A DNA stretch of 64,000 nt from Pirellulales bacterium (GTDB lineage Bacteria > Planctomycetota > Planctomycetia > Pirellulales > PALSA-1355), in the NCBI GenBank assembly GCA_963733035.1, contig CAVTBU010000006.1, positions 480,001 through 544,000 on the forward strand. The letters run 5' to 3'. The translations under genes and the position numbers were made by a program. Below the pieces are notes generated by a model. The model had not been told where the DNA came from and did no database searches. It worked only from the letters and a program-made list of their open reading frames with translations. Shown one piece after another: positions 48,923 through 59,734 of this stretch (position 1 is its first letter; every line of letters starts with the position of its first letter).

Positions 48923-50419
48923 ATGGATGATCGTCGTTCTACACGGCGCGCTGCGCTGAAACAAGTCGCGCGTACGGCCGGATTCGCGCTATTCGGGTTG
49001 CCGCCGATCGCCCGGGCGAGCGAGACTTCGGGTTCGATCCGTGAAGAGAATTCCAGAGTCGGCACGCGCGAGTGGATGCTCTCCAAGACGGGGGTCGATC
49101 CGGCCACGAAGTATCGCTGCCGGTGGATCGAGGGCTACTGCTCCCACGCGAGTGCGATTGCCGGCGAGACGGTTCGCCTATACGTCAGTACCAACCCAGC
49201 CTCGCGGTTTACGATCGACGTCTATCGACTCGGATGGTACGGCGGCGACGGCGGGCGCCTGATGCGGCAGCTCGGCAGGTTCGAGGGCAATATGCAAACC
49301 GACCCACCCGTCGATGCCAAGCGGCTTCGTAATTGCGATTGGGAGGCAGCCACCGAACTGCAGATACCGGGCGACTGGCCCAGTGGCGTCTACGTCGGCA
49401 AACTAACCGCCGAGCAAGGCGGCTGGCAGAGCTATGTGACATTTGTTGTGCGCGACGATCGTCAGGCTGATTTCATGTTTCAGGTGAGCGACTTTACCTG
49501 GCAAGCCTACAATCGCTGGCCAAGCCAATTCGCGCTCTATGATGATGGCACTCACCCGTGGTACTGGGGCGGCGACGTGCGAGTCAGCTTCAATCGTCCC
49601 TACGGAAAGTATTGCCAAATCGTCGATGCACCGCTATCCACGGGGTCGGGCGAGTTCTTTCTGTGGGAATTCCCGCTCGCGTTTTGGATGGAGTCGCAAG
49701 GGTATGACGTCACCTACGTCTCGAACCTGGACACGCACCGCCACCCCCGCGGCCTGAAACGAGCCAAAGGATTCTTGAGCGTGGGGCACGATGAGTACTG
49801 GACGATCGAGATGTTCCAGAACGTTCAAGCCGCGATTCGGGCGGGAGTCAACGTCGGCTTTTTTTCCGGTAATGCCGTGTGCGGCCGTGTGATTTATGAT
49901 CCGGCCACCCGGTCGATTGAGCGCGTGGGCGTGTTTGGACCGCCGGGTGGCATGCGCGATTTCGAACACATGAAGGCGCTCGAGCACAAGCGGCCTTATG
50001 CAAACGAACTGATCGGTGCGCACAGCACAGGACCGGTCACGGGTGGCGCCGACTGGGTTTGCACCGCGCCGGACCATTGGATCTATGGCGGAACCGGAAT
50101 GAGAGAGGGTGATCGCATTGCGGGCCTGATCGGTTGGGAGTGGCACGGCGATCCGGCCGCGATTCCTGGGCTGGAGGTCGTGGCCACTGGGCCCACACAG
50201 CTGGCCCCTGGCCAGCCAAATGGCGGCCAATACACCGCCACGGTTTATCCGGGACCAAAGGGCAATTTCGTGTTCAACGCCGCAACCTGTTGGTGGGCCG
50301 ATGGCGTCAGCGCACCGCCAGGATATGTGCGGCCGAAGGTCTACACCGAACCACATGGCCCTGATGCACGCGTGCAGCAAATAACGCGCAACGTGCTGGA
50401 GCGGATGCGTCGAAGTTAG
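48923..50419 (+). CDS. N,N-dimethylformamidase large-subunit family protein (DUF6605-like), Tat-exported
   Basis: STRRAALK Tat motif, IEGYCS, YRLGWYGG, WPSGVY, TWQAYN, SFNRPY, SVGHDEYW, FFSGN. Confidence 0.8.
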   Translation: MDDRRSTRRAALKQVARTAGFALFGLPPIARASETSGSIREENSRVGTREWMLSKTGVDPATKYRCRWIEGYCSHASAIAGETVRLYVSTNPASRFTIDVYRLGWYGGDGGRLMRQLGRFEGNMQTDPPVDAKRLRNCDWEAATELQIPGDWPSGVYVGKLTAEQGGWQSYVTFVVRDDRQADFMFQVSDFTWQAYNRWPSQFALYDDGTHPWYWGGDVRVSFNRPYGKYCQIVDAPLSTGSGEFFLWEFPLAFWMESQGYDVTYVSNLDTHRHPRGLKRAKGFLSVGHDEYWTIEMFQNVQAAIRAGVNVGFFSGNAVCGRVIYDPATRSIERVGVFGPPGGMRDFEHMKALEHKRPYANELIGAHSTGPVTGGADWVCTAPDHWIYGGTGMREGDRIAGLIGWEWHGDPAAIPGLEVVATGPTQLAPGQPNGGQYTATVYPGPKGNFVFNAATCWWADGVSAPPGYVRPKVYTEPHGPDARVQQITRNVLERMRRS

Positions 50420-50427
50420 AGCAACCT

Positions 50428-50847
50428 TCAGGGCAGCGATGCAGTTTGGTTATACGTTGCCACTTCAGATTGGCTTGCTTTGCGGCGAGCGATGGCCGCC
50501 TCGCGCCGGGCAACTTCCGCGGCTCGACGCTCCCTAAGCGCGGCAATGCGTTCTTGGCGCTTCTGTTTTTTTACATCGGCCGCTTGCTGTGCAAACTGCC
50601 TGGCCGACTGTTGCATTTGCAGATAGTTCGTCCGGGCCATTTCCTGTTGTTGGACCTGCAGCATGTAACGCTGTGCCATTTCGGTCGAATTGACCAGAGG
50701 CATACGGAATGCCGAAGCCCGTTCGGTTCCCATTGATCCCATCGCGGGGCCACGACCGCCACCGCGGCAACCACCGCCTTGCGCAAATGCCGACGTGGCA
50801 AAACAGCCAAGCAGCGCAAGACTCAGAGTAACTGCACAAAATCGCAT
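50428..50847 (-). CDS. Small secreted hypothetical protein with a basic coiled coil
   Basis: AGGAG RBS, signal peptide ending SAFA, Gln/Arg-rich helical region. Confidence 0.6.
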   Translation of the reverse strand: MRFCAVTLSLALLGCFATSAFAQGGGCRGGGRGPAMGSMGTERASAFRMPLVNSTEMAQRYMLQVQQQEMARTNYLQMQQSARQFAQQAADVKKQKRQERIAALRERRAAEVARREAAIARRKASQSEVATYNQTASLP

Positions 50848-51389
50848 CACGAAGTCTCCTCTGTTCCTGGCGAGCCGCCGGCATTCTTGAGATGCCCTTG
50901 CGCCGCTTTTTGCCCCTTGATCGGCGATCCGGCTCGCACCAACCACATTTTAATACGTCTGGAACGCCAGGGCACGGAATTTTCCACCCGCGGCCGGCGA
51001 TTTTTGCACAACTTCAACCCGCTGCGATACGGCCCGCCCGACGCAAAGACCCCCCAACGGGACGTGTTCAGCCCGGTTAGGCCCTCAAGCCAAGATTGCC
51101 ATGATTTCTTCGACCCGGTTCCGAATGCAGCCCTGCGGGTTCCGGGAGATACCGCCGCCAAGTGGTTGACTGCGTCCCAGGTCAACGTCCCACGTCATCC
51201 ACGGTCCGCGGGACGTTTGCGGTTTGACTTTGCTCAACCAAGCGGCCGTACCCAAACCCGCTCGGAGTGTGCTATCGCGGTGTAAACAAAGCGAGGTTCT
51301 CGCTTTTCCGCCAGTGTGTTAGGTTGACCGGAGTGCGGCAGGGATACGCCGCTCCGAACTCATTTCAGGGAAGATGCGAGGGCCTCAAC

Positions 51390-52556
51390 GTGCGAGTGGC
51401 AATCGTTCACGATTGGTTGGTTACGTATGCGGGCTCCGAGCGAGTCGTGGAGCAACTGTTGGCCATCTTTCCGCAGGCCGACGTGTTCAGCCTGATCGAT
51501 TTCGTGCCCGCACAAGAGCGAGGTTTTCTCTGCGGCAAGACCGTTCGCACCAGCTTCTTGCAGCGGATGCCGTTCGCACGTCGTGCCTACCAAAATTATC
51601 TGCCGTTGATGCCCCTGGCGATCGAGCAGTTTGACCTCTCGGGGTACGATCTGATCATTTCTAGCAATCACTGCGTCGCCAAAGGTGTGATCACCGGCCC
51701 CGACCAATTGCACGTCAGCTACATCCACACACCCATGCGATATGCTTGGGATGCCCAACATGAATACCTTTCCGGTGCGGGTTTAGACCACGGGATGCGG
51801 GGAATGCTTGCTCGCTGGATGCTGCACAAGCTGCGAATGTGGGACGCTCGCAGTGCCAACGGCGTCGACGCGTTTGTGGCAAACTCCGAGTTTATTGCAC
51901 GACGTATTGAAAAGACATATCGTCGTACGGCCGGGGTTATTTACCCGCCAGTTGATATCGATTCGTTTGCCGCGCGTAGCGATCGCGACGAATTCTATGT
52001 AACCGCCTCGCGTCTCGTCCCCTACAAACGTACGGACGTGCTGGTCGAGGCGTTCGCTCGGATGCCTCAAAAGCGGTTGGTAGTGATCGGCGAGGGACCA
52101 CAACTCGAGGCGCTTCAAGCGAGGGCTACGCCGAACGTGACGCTATTGGGTTATCAGGGCTTCGATGTGCTTCGATCGCACTTGGAGCGGGCACGTGCGT
52201 TTCTGTTTGCCGGGCGCGAAGACTTTGGCATCGTGCTGGCCGAGGCCCAGGCCGCTGGTTGTCCGCTGATTGCCTTCGGCAAGGGTGGGTGTGCCGAGAT
52301 CGTACGAGATTTGGACCGAGAGCGGCCGACTGGGGTGCTTTTTGACGAGCAGACTGCCGAGTCTGTCGTGGCAGCCGTGCAGACGTTCGAAAGTGAACCA
52401 TTCGCGATTCAAGCCGCCGCCTGTCGGGCCAATGCCGAGCGTTTCGGACAGGCCCGCTTCCGCCGCGAGTTTCACGACCTGGTGATGGACGCCTGGGAAG
52501 ACTTTCGATCGATTCGCAATCGGTCTACGCTTGTGCCGGCGCTTCGAGCGGCCTAA
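51390..52556 (+). CDS. Glycosyltransferase family 4 (WbaZ-like mannosyltransferase type)
   Basis: VRVAIVHDWL..AGSERV, HTPMRYAWD, IYPPVD, SRLVPYKR, EDFGIV..EAQA. Confidence 0.92.
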   Translation: MRVAIVHDWLVTYAGSERVVEQLLAIFPQADVFSLIDFVPAQERGFLCGKTVRTSFLQRMPFARRAYQNYLPLMPLAIEQFDLSGYDLIISSNHCVAKGVITGPDQLHVSYIHTPMRYAWDAQHEYLSGAGLDHGMRGMLARWMLHKLRMWDARSANGVDAFVANSEFIARRIEKTYRRTAGVIYPPVDIDSFAARSDRDEFYVTASRLVPYKRTDVLVEAFARMPQKRLVVIGEGPQLEALQARATPNVTLLGYQGFDVLRSHLERARAFLFAGREDFGIVLAEAQAAGCPLIAFGKGGCAEIVRDLDRERPTGVLFDEQTAESVVAAVQTFESEPFAIQAAACRANAERFGQARFRREFHDLVMDAWEDFRSIRNRSTLVPALRAA

Positions 52557-52586
52557 TGCTGCAGCGCGTCCAAGTCAGTCAATCGG

Positions 52587-53591
52587 CTAGGACGATTGCG
52601 CACTAGCGAGACTGTCGACCGGAAGCAACTCCGGAGAGTAAAAGCGGATCGCTTCTCGTAGCCCGTCGTCGAGCGACCACCGAGCACGAAAGCCGGTGAG
52701 ATCCTGCAACTTTGCGATCGAGGGCAGACGCCGCTTGACACTTCCGGCCGGTGACGGGTGCAGCGTGATATCGTCGGGACTCTGTCCGACAAGGTGCATC
52801 ATGCGCTGTGCCAGTTCAAGCATCGTCAGTTCCTCGTTGCCGCCGACGTTGACGACTTGATTTGCCGTCCGTTCGCACTCACCCACCAGTCGCGTGGCTT
52901 TCACGGCGTCGTCGATGTAGAGGAACGCCCGCGTATCGCCGTGGCCATACAGTTCGGCAATGCCGCGACGCAACCGCGTGAGAAAGTCGGGCACGATGTG
53001 CTTGTCGCCCATGCGTGGGCCAAACACGTTGTGGTATCGAATAATCGAAAATGGCACGTTGAACTGGCGGCAAGCATTAATCACCAGCACTTCGCCGTGA
53101 ATCTTGGCGGCGGCGTAGGACCATCGCTCATTAAAGACGTCGTCCACGCACAACGGCACGTTTTCATCCGTTGGCACGGGCCAGTCAAACTTCGTGACCG
53201 TCGACGCGTATGACTCGGGCGTGCCGGCATAGACGAAGCGAGTCAGTCTTTTGGTGCCGGCATACTTGTCGATCAAGTAGAAGGTCGGAAGGGTGCCCGA
53301 CCTCAGGACCTCGTATGGCCGCTCGTAAAAGTTTTGCGTGCCATTGAGCGCGGCTTCGTGATAGATCGTATCGACATCGTCGGGCAAGGCTGCCACGGCT
53401 GCCGGATCGCAGAGGTCGATCGTGTATGGCTCGACGTTCGGTCGTTGGCACAACTTGCGGTAAAGTTCGTCGTTCGCGCCGCGCGAGTGGTTGTCGACGA
53501 GCACGAGTTCGACGTCCGGCCTCTCGCTGAGGTGCCGAGCCAAGTGGTAACCGATAAAGCCGGCCGCGCCGGTGACCATGATCCGCGACAT
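52587..53591 (-). CDS. NAD-dependent epimerase/dehydratase
   Basis: VTGAAGFIG, YAAAK (YxxxK), RYHNVFGPR. Confidence 0.92.
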   Translation of the reverse strand: MSRIMVTGAAGFIGYHLARHLSERPDVELVLVDNHSRGANDELYRKLCQRPNVEPYTIDLCDPAAVAALPDDVDTIYHEAALNGTQNFYERPYEVLRSGTLPTFYLIDKYAGTKRLTRFVYAGTPESYASTVTKFDWPVPTDENVPLCVDDVFNERWSYAAAKIHGEVLVINACRQFNVPFSIIRYHNVFGPRMGDKHIVPDFLTRLRRGIAELYGHGDTRAFLYIDDAVKATRLVGECERTANQVVNVGGNEELTMLELAQRMMHLVGQSPDDITLHPSPAGSVKRRLPSIAKLQDLTGFRARWSLDDGLREAIRFYSPELLPVDSLASAQSS

Positions 53592-53604
53592 TTTTACACC
53601 GTCT

Positions 53605-54897
53605 CTAGGCCGCCGTGCGGCAAAGTTTAAGGGTTGTTTTGGCCTGAAGAGAATCCTGGTCAAACGTGACTCGGCCCAAATCACAACAATCCCAAATGTC
53701 TACCACGCGAGTTCCATGCACTCGCGCCGCGTGAACGATTTTTTCGCGTTCGCGGCTATAGAGCGAATGATTCGTGGCGATGAGCACAAACTCCGCGTCA
53801 CGCAGCGCGACGTCGAGACTGGATGTGAACTCGACGCCGGGGCTCGGCTCGATCTGATCGGCCGTGAGAAAAGGATCATTAACTAGGATCTTGGCCGGCG
53901 TCTCGCGTTGCAAATAGCGTATTAGCTTCGGCGCGAGCGAATCGCGTACGTCGTCGGCGTCGCGTTTGAACGAGTAGCCCAGCACTGCCAGTCGCTTGCC
54001 GCGCAGACTGCCATAGCGACGCACTGTTAGGTCGACGAGGTACTTTGGCAGCGACTCGTTCACTCGCCACATTTCGGTGAGAAAGCCGCCGCTCCAGTAG
54101 CCCTCGGCCAACATTCCAAAATCCTTTCGCAAGCAAGTCCCGGCGGTGAAGCCCGGTTTTCCGTGCAGCTTGCGTGGATAGTCGCGATTGGCCAATTCAA
54201 GGACTTCGTGCGGTTCAACGCCCTGATCTAGCGCGATCATCGACAATGCGTTGATGATGCCAAAATAAGCGTAACGTGAGACGTTGCAGAATAGTTTCAC
54301 CAGTTCGGCCGTGGCCCAATCGCAATGCATCGGTTCAACGCCGAGTGCGTGAAACAGTCGTTCGGCGGCCTGGGCACTGGCCCCGTCTTCGGTGCCGATA
54401 ATCTGTGGCAGCTTGTGCAATTCTTCGCGAGCTTTGCCCTCGACGATCCGTTCGGGACAGCAGGCCAGATGGACGTCGCGACCGACTTTGTGAAAGGTCC
54501 GAGTCTCGATCAGATTGGCCACGTACGCGGTCGTCTTGGGCGCGGTCGTGCTCCGCATGATGATCGTCTGGCCGGGCGCGAGGAACTCGCAAATGGATTC
54601 GATCACTTTGGTGACGTATGACAGATCGGTTTCGATGTGGGCCAGCAGCGGCGTGCCGACTGTGACGATGAAATAATCGCAATCCGCGACGTCGTGTATA
54701 TCGCCAGTGATGTGCAGCTTGCCGGAGGCCACCAATTCATCGTAGCCGGGCTCATCGAACGGCATCCGTCGCTCGATGTTGATCGAGTGCCGCACACGTT
54801 CGTTCAAGTCCACCCCCAAGACCTGCACACCGGAGTCGACCAGCGACAACGCAAGCGGCAGGCCGACTCGGCCTGTGCCAATAATGGCGACCTTCAT
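53605..54897 (-). CDS. Nucleotide sugar dehydrogenase (UDP-HexNAc/UDP-glucose 6-dehydrogenase family)
   Basis: IIGTGRVGLPLA, VGTP, RSTT, CPERI.EG, AELVKL..N, GTCLRKD, GYSFK..DD.RDS. Confidence 0.92.
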   Translation of the reverse strand: MKVAIIGTGRVGLPLALSLVDSGVQVLGVDLNERVRHSINIERRMPFDEPGYDELVASGKLHITGDIHDVADCDYFIVTVGTPLLAHIETDLSYVTKVIESICEFLAPGQTIIMRSTTAPKTTAYVANLIETRTFHKVGRDVHLACCPERIVEGKAREELHKLPQIIGTEDGASAQAAERLFHALGVEPMHCDWATAELVKLFCNVSRYAYFGIINALSMIALDQGVEPHEVLELANRDYPRKLHGKPGFTAGTCLRKDFGMLAEGYWSGGFLTEMWRVNESLPKYLVDLTVRRYGSLRGKRLAVLGYSFKRDADDVRDSLAPKLIRYLQRETPAKILVNDPFLTADQIEPSPGVEFTSSLDVALRDAEFVLIATNHSLYSREREKIVHAARVHGTRVVDIWDCCDLGRVTFDQDSLQAKTTLKLCRTAA

Positions 54898-54917
54898 GGC
54901 GATTCCTTTCTCCAGAT

Positions 54918-56435
54918 TCAAGCAGCTCGATCCATCGAGCCGCGCGAGACGAATTCAGTCTCGGTGGGAGCTGTGTCGGTCGCGACCGACTCCCCCGCGT
55001 GCAAACGCTGCAGGAGTTCAAGCCACTGCTCTCGGCATCGCTCCAGCGAGTACCGCTCAATGCGGCGCCGTCCGCGGGCAACGAGCTCGCGCTGCAGCGA
55101 GGGTGAATCCTCAGCGGCAATCATTCGTTCGATGCTGTCGGCAATCGATCTAACGTCGTAAGAATCACAATACAGCGCCGCGTCGCCGAGGACCCAGCGG
55201 TGTTCGGGAATGTCAGAGGCAATGACCGGCACTTCGCACTGCATGGCTTCCACCGGTGGAAAGCCGAAACCCTCGGCGTGCGAAGGATAGACGAGCGCTT
55301 CGGCTTGCGAATAAAGCACGCGCAATTCCTCGGACGTGACGGATTCAAGGTGGATGATGTCGCCTCGCGCCACAAGCTCGCGCATGGCATCCAGAGTTGG
55401 CTCGAATCGCCAGCCTGGTGAGCCGACGATGAGCAGTTTCAGGTTGGGCACTGATCGGGCTACCGAATTTCGAAAGCGCACGGAATTGAAAGCTTGAATC
55501 AGCCCGGGAAAGTTCTTTCGCGGCTCGAGCGTTGATACTCCCATGATATACCGCGGCGTATGTTTGAGCGGCCTGCGCGGCGCATCACCGGTGGCCGTCG
55601 AGCGCCGAGTGCGGATGATCGAGTTGATCAAGGATTCATTTGGTTCAGGGCGGTACGCGTCCGAGAGCATGTACGGAATCGTGGCACTCCGGTCACGCAG
55701 CTCAGGGTACACGTCAACCAGATTCTCGCGGGTGGGCTCTGAATTGCACACAAAAATGCTGGCGGGGCTTTGGCGAATCGAGTTGTGATGCCAACGAATG
55801 TCCCGCAACTGGGGCATCGTGTCCGGTTGAATCATTGGAATCATGTCGTGGTAGCGGACGAGCTGCTTTGTTCCGGATGGGATTCGCATCGGCCGGGCGG
55901 TTTGCACGATAAAGAAGTCAAAGCCTTGCGTGTCGAGCTTAATGGGTGATCGATTGGCTACGACTCGGCGGTACATGACATCACCGGAGATGTTCAAGAA
56001 CAGGAACTTGCCTTCTTGTACGATCGGGCGATCGTCCGGTGCCAGACTTTGCGCGAACAGATTGCGCCATAGCACGTGGTGAAATGCATTGGTGTCGGCC
56101 GGTTCCAGTTGGCCGCTGGTCTGACCACGCGCAGCCACTTGCGTGCCCAACATGCGAAGGATGCGTTTCGGTAACGACCCGCCCGTGATCCAGGGTTCGT
56201 TCACGCCCCATAGAAAGCAGGCCTGATTAGCAACTCGGTCGGCGCGAGGCGCGATTGCGGGGCAAAATTTGTGCGGACGAATTCGCGAGAAACTCGGATA
56301 CAAAAGTCCGGTCACCTCGACTTCCGGACACAGCGACAACGTCTTAAACAGCAGTCGCGTGTCTTGGGGGATACCAGAATAACCACGCAGGGCCATGGAA
56401 AGGTCCAACAGCACGCGGATCTTACGCTGGGTCAT
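54918..56435 (-). CDS. Glycosyltransferase family 4 (MtfB-like)
   Basis: RYHDMIP, STLEPRKN, EGFGFPPVEAM, ASDIP; paralog of the neighbouring gene. Confidence 0.9.
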   Translation of the reverse strand: MTQRKIRVLLDLSMALRGYSGIPQDTRLLFKTLSLCPEVEVTGLLYPSFSRIRPHKFCPAIAPRADRVANQACFLWGVNEPWITGGSLPKRILRMLGTQVAARGQTSGQLEPADTNAFHHVLWRNLFAQSLAPDDRPIVQEGKFLFLNISGDVMYRRVVANRSPIKLDTQGFDFFIVQTARPMRIPSGTKQLVRYHDMIPMIQPDTMPQLRDIRWHHNSIRQSPASIFVCNSEPTRENLVDVYPELRDRSATIPYMLSDAYRPEPNESLINSIIRTRRSTATGDAPRRPLKHTPRYIMGVSTLEPRKNFPGLIQAFNSVRFRNSVARSVPNLKLLIVGSPGWRFEPTLDAMRELVARGDIIHLESVTSEELRVLYSQAEALVYPSHAEGFGFPPVEAMQCEVPVIASDIPEHRWVLGDAALYCDSYDVRSIADSIERMIAAEDSPSLQRELVARGRRRIERYSLERCREQWLELLQRLHAGESVATDTAPTETEFVSRGSMDRAA

Positions 56436-56607
56436 ATCGTCATCACTTCCATGTGGGACAATTGGCTTGTCGCTACTTCGAGACCTTCGTGCGGGCGAAA
56501 GTGTCGAAAGGTAGTGTGAAATTGGCGGGGGGGTACCTTCGGCCGAAAAATTAGCACACTTCGCGATTTTCAAAAAGATCAGTCAACGAATCGCTTTCGC
56601 AAGATGA

Positions 56608-58101
56608 TCAGGCTGCCGCGCCATGGTTCAATTCGGCGGCATTCTCCGCAACCAACTTTTCGCTAGCACGCCGCTCGGTTGGGCGCAGGCTTGAGAGCAA
56701 TTCCACCCATTGGCCGCCGCAGCGCTGCCGACTGAAGTGCCTGATTCGCTCATTGCCGCGAGCTACCATTTCTCGCCGCAAGGCTGGACCTTCGTCCGAA
56801 AGCACCAGTCGCTCAATCGTGGCCGAAATGGTCGATACGTCCATGGGGTCGCAGTACACCGCCGCGTCGCCGAGCACCCAGCGATGCGCCGGCAAGTCAG
56901 ACGCAATGACTGGTACTCCGCACGACATCGCCTCGAGCGGCGGAAAGCCGAATCCTTCGGCTGTTGAGGGGAACACGAATGCCTCGGCGTGCGTGTAAAG
57001 CATGCGCAGCTCTTCGGACGTCACCTGCTCCATATGGATCAGGTCTCCCTGATCGACGAGACCACGCATGGCCTTCAGAATGGGTTGGTACTTCCAGCCC
57101 GGACTCCCGACGATGATCAACGTCAAGTCCCGGCCCCGTGGCGTTCCCTTGAGCTTGCTGAAAGCCTGGACGAGCCTGAGAAAGTTCTTTCGCGGTTCGA
57201 GCGTCGAAACCATCATCACGTAACGCAGGCGAGGCCCCGGTCGGCGTCCTCGCCCGCTGGCCGACGACCGTCGCATTTCAATGATCGAGTGAAGTGCCGC
57301 GGCGTTGGGCTGGGCGCGATAGATATCGGACAACATATACGGGATTGTTGTGGCGCGCTGATCCAGGTCGGGATGGATTCGCGTTAACTCGTCGCGCGTG
57401 GGGTCGGAGTTGCAAACGAAGTAACTTGTGCGGTTTTCGCGAATCGCGCGATGGTGCCAATTGATGACCAGCGGATTCCCCATCGTGTCGGGCTCAAGCA
57501 CCGGGATCATGTCGTGATAACGCACGATTTGCCGCGTTTCGGGGCTGGTTCGAAAGGATCGTGGGCCTTGCACGATCAAAAAGTCGTAGCCGGTTGTATC
57601 GAGAGCGATCGGGCGTCGCCGGCTAAATGTCCGCGCAAACACCATGCCGTCGGTCACGTTCGACAACAAGAAGTTACCTTGCTGCACGAGTGGTATGTCG
57701 CTGGGTGAGAGCGTTTGAGAGAATAGCAGTCGCCACAGTGTGGGCCAAAATTTGTCCGTGTCGAGCTGGTCCACGGCGGCCCCACGCGCGGCCAGCGTAC
57801 TTCCTACCACCTGAAGTCTCTGCAGCCAGCGTGCCGGGCGAGATGCCGCCCAGGCGAGATTTGGTTCGGCAAGTTTCCACAAAAACTCAGCCTGATTGGC
57901 AATCCTTACGCCGCGCGTTTCGTAGGCGCGTCGAAAGCGATGCACTCGGGCGAACTTCTGCGGCCGATAGACGAGCCCCGTAACCTCAATTTCCGGGCAC
58001 AGGGATAAGGTTTTGTATAGCAGCCGCACGTCCTGGGCGATGCCGCAATAGCCGCGGGCGGCCATTGAAAGGTCCAACAGAACGCGTATGGGCCGTGACA
58101 T
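56608..58101 (-). CDS. Glycosyltransferase family 4 (MtfB-like)
   Basis: RYHDMIP, STLEPRKN, EGFGFPPLEAM, ASDLP. Confidence 0.9.
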   Translation of the reverse strand: MSRPIRVLLDLSMAARGYCGIAQDVRLLYKTLSLCPEIEVTGLVYRPQKFARVHRFRRAYETRGVRIANQAEFLWKLAEPNLAWAASRPARWLQRLQVVGSTLAARGAAVDQLDTDKFWPTLWRLLFSQTLSPSDIPLVQQGNFLLSNVTDGMVFARTFSRRRPIALDTTGYDFLIVQGPRSFRTSPETRQIVRYHDMIPVLEPDTMGNPLVINWHHRAIRENRTSYFVCNSDPTRDELTRIHPDLDQRATTIPYMLSDIYRAQPNAAALHSIIEMRRSSASGRGRRPGPRLRYVMMVSTLEPRKNFLRLVQAFSKLKGTPRGRDLTLIIVGSPGWKYQPILKAMRGLVDQGDLIHMEQVTSEELRMLYTHAEAFVFPSTAEGFGFPPLEAMSCGVPVIASDLPAHRWVLGDAAVYCDPMDVSTISATIERLVLSDEGPALRREMVARGNERIRHFSRQRCGGQWVELLSSLRPTERRASEKLVAENAAELNHGAAA

Positions 58102-58384
58102 GAGATCCTCTCCGGGAAACAGTGTGCATCCTGCACGGGAGAAAACCTAACACATGCCCCGGCGATGAAAAATCCCAAGTCGGCGGGAATTCAAGTTTGG
58201 ACGTGTCGAGTGTGCTAGCAGCTTGATGCTATTTGCTCGTGAGGGACTTGTGGCCCAAATGCAATAAAACTCCGCGAGCAGAGCACAAACGACTTGAGAA
58301 TCGTCGCACAAGGAAGCTTGCCAACGCCGCAGCGTTCGAACCGCCCCACCCACTAGAGGCGAGGTCCGTCGACCAGTCGTCGCT

Positions 58385-59485
58385 TCAAATCCCGTGGCGC
58401 AGCCTCATTTCCTGATGTCGGGTTCTGGCGATTTGGTTCAACAGGAAATCTTGATTGCACTGAACGAGCAGCTCCTCGCGGAGGGAGCGACCTAGATCAA
58501 GCGAGCTGATGTGCTTGTTGGACACGTTCGCCCGTCGACTTTCAGCGGCAGGAAAGATTTCGCCAATCATTTGATTCGCGGCGTCGGAAGGTAGCAGGTC
58601 GGCATTGCATTTTGCAAGGTTTCTCAAGGCCGACTGGCATGTCGCGTCGTCCGCCAAAAAGGAACATTGTACGTTGCACGTGAAAAAACCGTTCTCGTAG
58701 CTGTTGGTAAAACTATCGGGATCCAGTCCGCGGTCGAGAAAGAGTTTGGGGTCCGCCAAATGTACGTTCGGGCGCCGATTCACGACGTCCACCGCAAAGT
58801 TGAATTCAGAGATGAAGGATTCCAGGGGATCTCGGACGAACACCACGACACGATCAAATGGACCGATGCAATGAAGGTGGTGAAAGAGTTTCCAATGACC
58901 CGTGATCACGACCCCGCGATTCGGATCCGAACTGACGCACACGGCAGATGCTAGTTCCTGTAGATTGTCGACCGCCCCGGAGAGCGTATTCGCATTCACA
59001 TATCCCCACCCGGTTTCGGTGGCCGCGTCGAAGAAGCTGGTCCCCGCGGTTTTGGGGATGTGAACATGCCACAGCCGTCGCATCATGGGGAATGCCCGAG
59101 CGAATAGCTGAGGCATATGCAGAATCGCTTCCTTACTGGTCAAAAGAGCAGTGACCAATTGATCAAGACCATTGCAGGTTTCGATTTGGTGCCGCACGAC
59201 CGTGCGATCTTCCGGGGCTCGCTGCAGGATAGCCCTGTATGCCAGTTCCACTTGCTCGGCGGTCGGTTTGACCGATCGCAGGGCGTCGTTTTCCGCGGCC
59301 ACGGACCCTGGACCGGCCTTGCCCGCACGGACCAACTTCAGATAGTTGAATGGCACCTGGAGTGGCGATGCGGAGTTGTGGAGTAAGTATTCGAATACTT
59401 CGGAGTATCGATCGCGGCTGAAAAGTTCGCAGATCGATTCCAAGGATGATTCGACGTCGTACTGGCGGTCGGCTGTCTGGCTCAT
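58385..59485 (-). CDS. Putative sulfotransferase with a DUF4214-like N-terminal domain
   Basis: HVHIPKTAGTS (5'-PAPS-binding-like) and VRDPLESFIS (3'-phosphate-binding-like); VELAYRAILQRAPE...LLTSKE resembles DUF4214. Confidence 0.6.
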   Translation of the reverse strand: MSQTADRQYDVESSLESICELFSRDRYSEVFEYLLHNSASPLQVPFNYLKLVRAGKAGPGSVAAENDALRSVKPTAEQVELAYRAILQRAPEDRTVVRHQIETCNGLDQLVTALLTSKEAILHMPQLFARAFPMMRRLWHVHIPKTAGTSFFDAATETGWGYVNANTLSGAVDNLQELASAVCVSSDPNRGVVITGHWKLFHHLHCIGPFDRVVVFVRDPLESFISEFNFAVDVVNRRPNVHLADPKLFLDRGLDPDSFTNSYENGFFTCNVQCSFLADDATCQSALRNLAKCNADLLPSDAANQMIGEIFPAAESRRANVSNKHISSLDLGRSLREELLVQCNQDFLLNQIARTRHQEMRLRHGI

Positions 59486-59734
59486 GTCGTTAGGGTCGCC
59501 TCGATTGCTGGCCGAGCCGACATTTGGCGGCAAAACAGTGCGGACGATGCAAACGGCGGCCTCGATCCGTGTTTGTGCGCACGCTGCCAGCGACAATCAG
59601 CCGCGCTAGCAATTCGTGGCGTGTCCCTGAAATTTGCCAGTCATTTTGGGTTTCGAATTGCCAATCGTTCGCACGCAAACGACGTTCTTCGTATAGCCGA
59701 ATCGAACTAGTGAGGGAATGGCAATATGGGGGCT

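Noticed and set aside
51020..51070. c-di-GMP-I riboswitch suggested by GACGCAAAG
   Set aside because: The upstream GGCAAA and GNRA-capped stem are missing.
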